64,000 bases of DNA, taken from a bacterium (GTDB lineage Bacteria; SM23-31). The notes beneath the pieces were generated by a model. The model saw only the letters and a program-made list of their open reading frames with translations, did not search any database and had not been told where the DNA came from. Both the position numbers and the translations under genes were made by a program. The DNA lies in the NCBI GenBank assembly GCA_965249485.1, contig OZ252239.1:2080001-2144000 (forward strand), written 5' to 3'. This document shows, in pieces, positions 51,597 through 60,528 of the stretch (positions are counted from its first letter, which is position 1; every line of letters begins with the position of its first letter).

Positions 51597-52938
51597 ATGA
51601 ATAAAACACGGATTCTCCTTAAAGTATTATTTATTTTTTTGTTTGCTCAGGGGGCTTCTTGCACAGACCTTGGAAAAAGATAAAATGCTCAATTTGTTGG
51701 ATCTGATCCGTAAAGAGAAGTTTGACCATGCTCTACCGCAAGCCATGCGAGACAATAACATCGATATGTGGATACATGTGATGGGGACAAAAAATGCCGA
51801 AGAGGGTAACCTCGATCCCCTCAGGTTAAACTTTGGCAGCAATACAGGCATATTTATTTTTACCGACAGGGGTGGTGACGGAATAGAACGGACTGTTTTA
51901 GGCCGTGCTTCTTACACAGCTCTCAACAGTAAGGCATACGACATTTATGGTCCTGAGAGTGATTTGAATCTATTTGTCTCTGAACGTGATCCCAAACGCA
52001 TCGGTGTAAACTTCTCGGAAACGATTGCCATAGCAGACGGGATTTCATATACGGACTACCTCAAGCTGGTCAATATGTTAGGTGAAAAGTATGCTGAGAG
52101 AATTGTTTCAGTTGAGGACCTTATAACCGATTTTCGCTCAAGAAGGGTAATGAGTGAAATCGTCTTTTTCGGGGAGCTGTGCAAAGAAACCGTTGAGGCG
52201 GTTAATAAAGCATTTGACCTTGTTGAGCCGGGTGCAACCACTTTGAAGGATGTTTCCCGGTGGCTGGCAAACTATCGCCTGGCCAAAGGATTTGATTCTA
52301 TGATCCAATTTTTACTGCCTGGTGTATTTCTCCAAACACCGGATGGAGATTTAATTGTTGAAAAAGATGATGATGATTACGTTATCCAGCGAGGGGACCT
52401 TATTTTTATTGATTTTGGCACAACGCATATGAACTACAGAATAGATTTAAAACGGCCTGCATATATCCTTCGAGATGGAGAGGATGCCGTACCTCCGGAA
52501 ATTCAAAAAACTTTCGATAAAGCATTAATAGCCCGTGATATATTCCGCAAGAACATCAAAGTAGGTCTTACAGGAAAAGAAACATTTGAAATTCTAAAAA
52601 ACAAAATAGAAGAAGCCGGGTATTTATACACAAACATGGAAAGATATGACACAACAGCTGATCCTGAAAAAACTCAGATTAATTTCGGTTTTCATTCTTT
52701 AGGTAACAGTTGGCCGGCTGATGGTGGCGGTCTCGATATTTCTCAGCGTTCACAAAGAGTTCATGTGAAGATACCACTTAATCACCTTTTTGTCATTGAA
52801 TTCAGGATATATGATCCGGTACCGGAATGGGGTAAGGGACAAAACATTCTTATGGCAATGGAGGACGGTGTGACTGTTAATGAACGCGGGGTAGAGTTTC
52901 TCTATCCGCCCATGAAACAAATTCGACTAATTCGGTAA
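51597..52938 (+). CDS. M24 family peptidase whose signal peptide is out of frame at a G5 run (51650-51654)
   Basis: ATG 51597 gives MNKTRILLKVLFIFLFAQG; one base fewer continues LLAQTLEKDK..IRKEKFD. Ligands FIDFG, RIDLK, FHSLG, VIEF, AMEDG are intact. Confidence 0.85.
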
Positions 52939-53348
52939 TTGGTTCGCTAATCGTACTGCCTGTGGCGTATCAAATCATATGATCTTAATTTGATGATTTA
53001 ATTACAATAAGAGTTAACGACGTACTATTCAATTCAGAAAGGATTGCACCACCGCTACAATCCTCCAATAAAATTTCTAGAAATTGTAATTAATGATAGT
53101 ATTGAGTTTTTAATCGTTACCCTTTCCCTCATTCGCTACTCAACCTTTAACATTTATCCAATTTATAATTAAATGTTAGCAGGCAGAGCTACAGATTTCA
53201 ATTATTCTGCTTTTTTAATGAAACTTATCAATCTATCCGGTTGTTCTTTCTTTTATCAAATTCTTTCAGACAAATTCGATTTATTGAGTTACGTGTGTTT
53301 AGTAAGATTCTCTTTCTTAACTAAAGATATTAAATTAAAGGTATACTT

Positions 53349-54722
53349 ATGAAGCATAAATTTTTTATCAAACCTATAATTCTTATTTGCTTAATTACAA
53401 TACCAGCAACATATAGTACAATATACGGACAATCAAATAACAGTGATATAAACAATAAGATTATTGAATTGCTGTCCGGTGACCAAAATGTGGTAGAGAA
53501 AAATATAAGTTTTATTAAGGAAAATTGGGATGATAGCTTTGTTACAATGATTCTTGAGATTATGCAGTTTACAAACGATTGGAATCTCTATACTGAATTA
53601 TATCCCTTGATGGAGCAAAAAACCGGACAAAAATTTGGATTTGATAAAGATGCATGGTTCGAATGGGTATGGAATCAAGATTACAATATGCCTCCTGAAT
53701 ATGTAGATTTTAAATCAAATCTTTATGGTTTAGTCTTTCCCGCATTTAAAGATTATTTTAACAGTTCTTTTAAATCAATTATCCGACTTGATGAAGTAAG
53801 ATGGGGAGGCGTCATACAAGACGGTATACCGCCACTACGAAATCCGAAAATGATAGATGCAAAAAATGCGAATTACCTCGATGATGATAATTTGGTGTTT
53901 GGTATTTCTATTAACGGGGATACAAGAGCATATCCGAAGAGAATACTGGCTTGGCATGAAATGTTTGTTGATATATTCGGTGATATTCCTGTTGCTGGTG
54001 TATACTGTACTTTATGTGGTGCTATGATACTCTATAAAACAGAATTAAACGGTACCAATTACGATTTAGGAACAAGCGGATTTTTATACAGATCCAATAA
54101 ATTAATGTATGATAAAAAAACCCAATCTTTATGGAATACTTTTCGGGGAGTACCAGTAATAGGACAGTTGGTTGATGAAAACATTACCTTAGAAAAGGGA
54201 AGTGTGGTTACTACAACGTGGAAAGAATGGAAGAAAAGACATCCGGAATCACAGGTATTGTCAATAGATACGGGTTACGATAAAAATTACGATGAAGGTG
54301 AAGCATATAAATCATATTTTGCAAGCGATGATTTAATGTTCACTGTACCTAAATTAGATAAAAGAATGAAAAATAAAGATGAAATACTCGGGTTGTTATT
54401 CCCTGACCAGCCTGGTGAAGCTCTAGCTATTTCCGTAAAATACTTATCAAAAAATCCAATATATTCCGGAAGTTTGGGCGATAAGGATTTTGTTATATTT
54501 ACAGATAAATCGGGAGCATCGAGGGTATTTAATTCCGGAAATGTATGGTTTGAAAAATGGGATAAAAATAACCAGATAGTGGATGAAAATGGGATCAAAT
54601 GGGAATTGTCAGAGAGTGAAATTGAATCTTCTGAAGGAGATATATTAAAGAGATTACCTGCCCATAGAGCATTTTGGTTTGGATGGTTTTCACAATTTTC
54701 ACATAGTGAATTGATAAAATAA
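53349..54722 (+). CDS. DUF3179 domain secreted protein
   Basis: WGGVIQDGIPPL, RAYPKRILAWHEM, YCTLCGA, GTSGFLYRSNKLMYD, AFWFGW. Confidence 0.9.
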   Translation: MKHKFFIKPIILICLITIPATYSTIYGQSNNSDINNKIIELLSGDQNVVEKNISFIKENWDDSFVTMILEIMQFTNDWNLYTELYPLMEQKTGQKFGFDKDAWFEWVWNQDYNMPPEYVDFKSNLYGLVFPAFKDYFNSSFKSIIRLDEVRWGGVIQDGIPPLRNPKMIDAKNANYLDDDNLVFGISINGDTRAYPKRILAWHEMFVDIFGDIPVAGVYCTLCGAMILYKTELNGTNYDLGTSGFLYRSNKLMYDKKTQSLWNTFRGVPVIGQLVDENITLEKGSVVTTTWKEWKKRHPESQVLSIDTGYDKNYDEGEAYKSYFASDDLMFTVPKLDKRMKNKDEILGLLFPDQPGEALAISVKYLSKNPIYSGSLGDKDFVIFTDKSGASRVFNSGNVWFEKWDKNNQIVDENGIKWELSESEIESSEGDILKRLPAHRAFWFGWFSQFSHSELIK

Positions 54723-54899
54723 GATTAGTGGACCGACATTTTTTGTTTAAATGAATACAAGTATTATTATCATAAGATTACTCAGATTCCACTCTTGGAA
54801 ATCTCCCAATTCTCATTTAATTCTGTCTAAAACTATCTGAACAGATACAGTGATTTGAATAGAAATCCTCCCGAATAAAGTCGATGCTAATAATTATTT

Positions 54900-55685
54900 T
54901 TAAGGTTTAAGCTCCCTGATCCAGATATTGCGGAACCGGACTGGATTTTCGTGCTCCTGAAGCATTATAGGTTGTTTATCCGGATGTACCTGGTACTTCG
55001 GCACTTTCTTGAAAACAGTTGGTCCCATAATCTCGAAATTATCCTGCACAAGTATACCGTTTTGAAATACAGTGGCAGTTGCCGGTTTGACAACTCGGTT
55101 GTCTTTAAATATTGGACGATGGAAAATAATATCATAACTCTGCCAATCTCCAGGGGCATGTGAAGCATTGACCAGTGGAGGATTTTGGCTGTATATCGCG
55201 GCTGCCATACCTGTCGGATAGGTTTGGTTGTTGTATGAATCAAGCACCTGAACCTCATATCTGCTCATAAGAAAAACACCACTATTACCCCGGTCCTGCC
55301 CACTACCAGTGATTTCCAAAGGTGTAGACCATTCAATATGCAGTTGGAAGGAACCAAATTCCTGCTTAGTCCGAATATTGCCCGCATCCTTGACTACTTC
55401 CATATAGCCTTTTTCGATTTTCCATTGTGCTTTGTGGTTTTTTTCACCTACCCATTCAGAAAGATCACTACCATCGAAGAGGATGATCGCGTCCGACGGA
55501 GGAGACAATTCTCCTATTTGTGGAACAGTCTTCATGACTGATGGTTGTGGCCCTTTTTCATCGTACATTACTTCGAGGTCATATGGAGGGGATTTATATA
55601 CATTCTCACGTTCACCATTTGTACACGTTGTCAGTGTTGCTAAAATCATAAAGAAGAATACAACAAGAAATGATTTCTCTTTCAT
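54900..55685 (-). CDS. DUF1080 (3-keto-disaccharide hydrolase-like) secreted protein
   Basis: PPSDAIILFDG, QLHIEW, RGNSGVF, YEVQVLDSY, WQSYDI, LQEH..VRFRNIW. Confidence 0.92.
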   Translation of the reverse strand: MKEKSFLVVFFFMILATLTTCTNGERENVYKSPPYDLEVMYDEKGPQPSVMKTVPQIGELSPPSDAIILFDGSDLSEWVGEKNHKAQWKIEKGYMEVVKDAGNIRTKQEFGSFQLHIEWSTPLEITGSGQDRGNSGVFLMSRYEVQVLDSYNNQTYPTGMAAAIYSQNPPLVNASHAPGDWQSYDIIFHRPIFKDNRVVKPATATVFQNGILVQDNFEIMGPTVFKKVPKYQVHPDKQPIMLQEHENPVRFRNIWIRELKP

Positions 55686-55710
55686 AGGTTTCTCTTCGTT
55701 TAGATAACAT

Positions 55711-56442
55711 TCATTCTTTCAAATCCAAATTTGCAAGAGCTATTAATTCACTTAATACATCGGAAGAATTTCGCAATACAGACAATCTGCTGTCAGGATC
55801 CACGGTCCACTCTATAGGAAACTCTCTAATTTGGATTCCCAGGTTTTGAGCACGCAGAATAATTTCTATTTCATATAAAAAACCTTCCGTAGCGCACTGT
55901 TTAAATAAACTTCGGGCTGTATTGCCTTTATACACTTTGAAACCACATTGTGTATCTGTTAAATAGGATGGTACACTAAACCAATGAACAAATATCCATC
56001 TGAAAATTCTTGAAATAAATTGTCTGGACCACGATTGAGGTTTTACAACATTACTATACTCCAATTTTCTTGATCCATGCGCACAATCACAAATTCCATT
56101 ATTAAGCAATTCAAGACCACGTATAACCATATCATACGGTACACACAGGCCGCTATCAACGCAGAGCACATAGTCTCCGGTTGATGCTGCCACTCCGGTC
56201 TTAACTGCACATCCCTTGCCACGGTGAGGTTTATACTGAATTATCTTCAATGAAACAGTGGATGAAACCGTTATAGATTCCGCAGCTTCAATTGTAGTAT
56301 CTGTACTACCATCATCGACAATAATAAGCTCACCATGAAAATCATTTTTAATGAGAAATTCTTCAGCAGCCTGAATGTCCCGCACAATTTTTTTACATTC
56401 GTTATAGACAGGTATTACAATAGAAAAAATCATTTGCATCAT
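55711..56442 (-). CDS. GT2 glycosyltransferase, dolichyl/polyprenyl-phosphate glycosyltransferase-like
   Basis: SIVIPVYNE, IIVDDGSTD, GKGCAVKTG, VDSG, GSR, TDTQCGFKVY, EIEII, EFPIEW. Confidence 0.9.
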   Translation of the reverse strand: MMQMIFSIVIPVYNECKKIVRDIQAAEEFLIKNDFHGELIIVDDGSTDTTIEAAESITVSSTVSLKIIQYKPHRGKGCAVKTGVAASTGDYVLCVDSGLCVPYDMVIRGLELLNNGICDCAHGSRKLEYSNVVKPQSWSRQFISRIFRWIFVHWFSVPSYLTDTQCGFKVYKGNTARSLFKQCATEGFLYEIEIILRAQNLGIQIREFPIEWTVDPDSRLSVLRNSSDVLSELIALANLDLKE

Positions 56443-56542
56443 GAAGTAAGATATTGTAACAATAAATTGAACAAAATATTTTGAAGAAGAAACAACAGCA
56501 AAAAAGATTCAATATTTTTAGCAATAGCATGGGGTAATAATC

Positions 56543-57505
56543 TCATTCAAGATTAGTGATATCACCGTAACGCACAATATTCTCTTTGTTCTCGGAACCA
56601 TCCGTGATAATTATAGACTGGATATCGTTATGACGTAAACAGTAGTCATTAATTTCCTCCGGAGACATTATCATAAATGCTGTCGAAAGGGCGTCTCCTG
56701 CTGCCGCGGTCTCACTCAGTACCCATACAGCTGATTTATCTGTAACCGGATAGGCTGTTCTCGGATCGATTATGTGTTGACCTTTTCTAATTCCTGAGCC
56801 ATTTATAGCGCGGTTACAAAGATAGAGATGTGAAATAATTTTATCTGGATCATTGGGATTTCTTATAGTTATCTGCCATCCTTTTTCACCGGGGGGTGCA
56901 TCTAAGGTAAAAACCGAACTGGTTCCCCCATGAATGAGTGCAGAGTTTATATCCCAGTCATCTAATATTTTTGCCATACAATCAACAGCATATCCTTTAC
57001 CAAAACCTCCTAAATCAATACACATATTGCCTGAATTGAGCGATACTGTATGTTGATTTTTGTCCAACTGAATAAGATGCATTCCTGTTCTTGCTCTAGC
57101 GACGGTTAGTTCCTTTTGAGATGGAGTGCGATTGGTTTTATCACTATTCAACCAAGATTTTAACAGCGGTCCGACGGTAATATCAAATGCATTATGTGTG
57201 CTTGTGCTTAATTGGACACATTGTTCAAGGCATTCGAAAGCATCCAATCCAACGCATACAGGATTACTTGTACCGGAATTATTAATACGTGAGATATCGC
57301 TGTTTGGAATAAATCTGCTTAATTCCTGTTCAAGCCGATCAAGTTCGTTAAACGCCTGAAAAGCACATTGTTCCGCATAAATGGCATCGTCGTTTATAAT
57401 AATTATCTCAAAAACAGTTGCCATAGCATTATGTGAAAAACGGCGGGCGTTATTCGGTGCTTGTTCAGAATAATCTATAAAGTTGTTTTTTGGTATTTTA
57501 TCCAT
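56543..57505 (-). CDS. apbE: FAD:protein FMN transferase
   Basis: AMATVF, LSRFIPNSDISRIN, AFDITVGPL, IDLGGFGKGYAVD, HIIDPRT, DALSTA. No obvious signal peptide. Confidence 0.92.
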   Translation of the reverse strand: MDKIPKNNFIDYSEQAPNNARRFSHNAMATVFEIIIINDDAIYAEQCAFQAFNELDRLEQELSRFIPNSDISRINNSGTSNPVCVGLDAFECLEQCVQLSTSTHNAFDITVGPLLKSWLNSDKTNRTPSQKELTVARARTGMHLIQLDKNQHTVSLNSGNMCIDLGGFGKGYAVDCMAKILDDWDINSALIHGGTSSVFTLDAPPGEKGWQITIRNPNDPDKIISHLYLCNRAINGSGIRKGQHIIDPRTAYPVTDKSAVWVLSETAAAGDALSTAFMIMSPEEINDYCLRHNDIQSIIITDGSENKENIVRYGDITNLE

Positions 57506-57537
57506 CTTTTTCTGTAAAAGCCTTTTTCGGTATTAGC

Positions 57538-59145
57538 CTACTGTTGTAGTTTGTCCCAAAGATCTTTCCTTACATAACCGCGCAATTCAATCATCGGGCG
57601 TAATTCTGTATAATCATCAAACAGAGGTACGTATAAATTTCTTTTTCCGGGGGATGGGAGTTCATATATTTTATTTAGGATATCCGATTCCACACTGGGT
57701 GAGGCAATAATTACCGGTGCTGCTTCTACATCCATATCAACTTTGTTCCACCAACCTATGTTGGAAAATGACCGCAAATACCATGGTAGAGGCCAATAGT
57801 CACTTTCAGGACTTATAACATTAATATACATATTTTTTCCATCAGGATGAACATTTGCTAGACCTTGGATACGTTCGGCGATACTGAAAATATCATTGGT
57901 AGTATGAGCATACACATATGGATTTGAAGGGTCAGAATAATATTTATAGTTAGATAAATAAGATTGTGTCATTAAATGGATAACACCTGCAGCAAGTACA
58001 AGCACCAGAAATACTCGCATTGCTTTTCTTGAAAAAAAGTTAATTGCGGCAACGGAACCGACGGCTGCAAGGACTATCATTCCCTGCAAAAAACCAAGCA
58101 TATTCCAGGGAGTTTTATAAGGAATTGCCGAATAAACAAATGCCGATATAAGAGTGAAGTATAAGATAAACCGGACTAATCGGAAATCTACACCTGAGAC
58201 TCCTTTTTTTGATACGGCAACTAAGGACCCGGCAACAGCCAACAAAACGATTAAAGCTTCGCTCCAGATTTGTCCAGTTAAACCTTTTGAATAAATCAGC
58301 AATTTAAGATAGTAATACCATGGCTGTATGTGCCAATCATCATATGCAGCTTTGCTGAAATAATTCGTATAGGTTAAATAAGAATCTGAAATACCTGCAG
58401 GATTGGTGAAAAAGGAGGAATAAAATAGTGCGGAAACGGCAAGTGCTGCTACTATCAATGCTGCACAATGACTAAAATTGATTAATTTGAATGTCTTTTG
58501 AGTAGCTCCTGTAAAGTATCCCTCTGTAATGAGCACAAGAAATGATGCTATCAGCATTGCGCCAAAGGCTATTATAAATGTTTCCTTTGTTGCATGCATC
58601 AATCCGAGAAAAATTCCGGTCGTCACTGCCCAGCCGTAGTGTACGCTTACGCAATATCGGTAGCCGGAAACTATTACGGCTAGTATTAAAAATACCAGCA
58701 GCATTTCATGAATGTAATAGCGGCTATAAAATACCATTGCAGGTGAAACTGCCGTCAATATACCAGCTGAAGTTACAACCGGCCAGCTCAATCCTGATAC
58801 AAACATATACAGTAGCACTATTAGTAATACCCCGAAAAAAACAGGCACAATCCGTAATGTAGATTCATCAATCTCCGGAAGATTTTGTGCTGATCCAATC
58901 CACGCAGGAATTAAGGTGAGATAATAAAGGGTAGGGCCGTGGTATTCACTGTTATCATAATGGTAATAATTGTATTCTAACAATAATCCAAACTTTGCGG
59001 CCTGTACTGCTTCGTCGGAATGCATCGGACGCTGTGTCAAATTCGGCAACCGAAATGCAATTGCGGTGAGTATGACAATCAGAACGAGAGAGTAGTAGTG
59101 GACCTTTTTATTAATTAAGGGGTACACCGTAAACACCAACCTCAA
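57538..59145 (-). CDS. TIGR03663-like GT-C fold (PMT-related) membrane glycosyltransferase
   Basis: FRL..RPMHSDEA, YHGP, SPAMVFYSRYYIHE, ATKE, IPYKTPW, YWPLPWYLR. Many TM helices. Exact start uncertain; overlaps the upstream gene. Confidence 0.85.
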   Translation of the reverse strand: MRLVFTVYPLINKKVHYYSLVLIVILTAIAFRLPNLTQRPMHSDEAVQAAKFGLLLEYNYYHYDNSEYHGPTLYYLTLIPAWIGSAQNLPEIDESTLRIVPVFFGVLLIVLLYMFVSGLSWPVVTSAGILTAVSPAMVFYSRYYIHEMLLVFLILAVIVSGYRYCVSVHYGWAVTTGIFLGLMHATKETFIIAFGAMLIASFLVLITEGYFTGATQKTFKLINFSHCAALIVAALAVSALFYSSFFTNPAGISDSYLTYTNYFSKAAYDDWHIQPWYYYLKLLIYSKGLTGQIWSEALIVLLAVAGSLVAVSKKGVSGVDFRLVRFILYFTLISAFVYSAIPYKTPWNMLGFLQGMIVLAAVGSVAAINFFSRKAMRVFLVLVLAAGVIHLMTQSYLSNYKYYSDPSNPYVYAHTTNDIFSIAERIQGLANVHPDGKNMYINVISPESDYWPLPWYLRSFSNIGWWNKVDMDVEAAPVIIASPSVESDILNKIYELPSPGKRNLYVPLFDDYTELRPMIELRGYVRKDLWDKLQQ

Positions 59146-59812
59146 TGTAATGATTTAAATCATTACTTATGTTGCCGTTACTATACAGACGGACATATCG
59201 TCCCTGGACTCCTTTCGCATCTATTAATTTTCCTTCAGATGTTTCAACATAATGCAGGTCCTTCCCAACACCCAAACCAGCAGAGTTGTCATCATCATTA
59301 TTGAAGATTGTTGTAACTCCTTTAATAAAATTAGGTTCGTCAGCAACTTGTACAACTACATCAGTGTAAACGCGGGCCTGTTTATGGTAGTGCCACACAA
59401 GCACAGCATAGAGAGTATGAGAACGTTCAAGATCGATTGTTACGTGCTGCTGGAATGGTCCTAATTCAACGTAACTTCCATCCGCAGCATCTTTATCATC
59501 ATTGGTAATCATTTCTATTTCACCTATAATCGGTTCTTCATCGGTACTGGCTACCGCTTTTCCCAGTGCAACATTTTCTGTGCCAACCGGAGCAAGAAAC
59601 GGAGAGCGAGGTTTTCCCAGTGGTTTTTCAAGATTTTGAATCCTGAAATTTTGTGGTGTTCCAACAAACATTGGTTTTGGAAGTTCAATTGTAATCGGCT
59701 CCAAATCTTGAGCATTTGCAGTTGCGATTCCGTATTGTATTTCCACAGCCGAAAATAATAACACTACTAATAGTGCAAGTAATAGACAATGAAAAATATT
59801 TTTGATGATCAT
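59111..59812 (-). CDS. secreted protein with galactose-binding-like (F5/8 type C/discoidin-like) domain
   Basis: Signal peptide (ANA); ENVALGKAV, VTIDL, GRYVRLYSNG, YIEVGVYG pattern. Confidence 0.7.
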   Translation of the reverse strand: MIIKNIFHCLLLALLVVLLFSAVEIQYGIATANAQDLEPITIELPKPMFVGTPQNFRIQNLEKPLGKPRSPFLAPVGTENVALGKAVASTDEEPIIGEIEMITNDDKDAADGSYVELGPFQQHVTIDLERSHTLYAVLVWHYHKQARVYTDVVVQVADEPNFIKGVTTIFNNDDDNSAGLGVGKDLHYVETSEGKLIDAKGVQGRYVRLYSNGNISNDLNHYIEVGVYGVPLN

Positions 59813-59858
59813 AACAATACAATCCTTTATTTTTAGAATGACACTTACTTAATGTATA

Positions 59859-60515
59859 CTACGGATCCTTACGTCCAGTTTCTTTTGAGCTCAATAAGAG
59901 ATAGGTATGGACCAAACTCACTATGAGAAATAAAAGCGCGCTTGAAAAGTGCAAAGTCAATAAAGACTCCTGTCCGCCTGTCCCAAATATAGTATACATA
60001 CTTAAAATGATCGATCCCATAATAAATGGTGTTAAGAAAACCAACAGCCAAAAGCAAACCTTCAGAACTGGCTGATAGTGTGATATAGCATCTTTATCTC
60101 TTTTGCCGAAAATACTATTATACAACCACTGTTGATCAGATGTATTAAAAATTTGTTCATGTGCCCAGAGCAGACTTATTAGTGTCATGCTTATCGCAAA
60201 AACAGGCGATAATGAAACATGCAATATTAGCAAAAAACCGGATATCGGTCCACCCGTAATAAAGTATGGCATAAAACCGGTTAAGGTCAGTAAGACAACA
60301 CAAATAACAGCAATACAATATAACAAAACTTTTATACATTTTACTATATCGGATATGTTTAATGAGCTGGGATTCTTACATTTTACGTATGCATCTACTG
60401 CGGTAGATGCTAATTTTTTTACGGTCTCTTTTAGATTAATCACACTTGGCCGGGTAGCATAGAAAAACCAGCCGACAGCAGCCAGAAAAATCAATAATGT
60501 TACAATTCTAATCAT
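59859..60515 (-). CDS. cytochrome b-like (FdnI-type) membrane protein
   Basis: About 5 TM helices with His in ILHVS and WAHEQ, plus an H-x13-H pair (TLHFSSALLFLIVSLVH) in the last helix. Adjacent to a multiheme cytochrome c. Confidence 0.65.
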   Translation of the reverse strand: MIRIVTLLIFLAAVGWFFYATRPSVINLKETVKKLASTAVDAYVKCKNPSSLNISDIVKCIKVLLYCIAVICVVLLTLTGFMPYFITGGPISGFLLILHVSLSPVFAISMTLISLLWAHEQIFNTSDQQWLYNSIFGKRDKDAISHYQPVLKVCFWLLVFLTPFIMGSIILSMYTIFGTGGQESLLTLHFSSALLFLIVSLVHTYLLLSSKETGRKDP

Positions 60516-60528
60516 AGTATAATCAATT

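Noticed and set aside
15054..54722. DUF3179 selenoproteins
   Set aside because: Both copies encode Cys (YCPLT, YCTLC) with no in-frame TGA.
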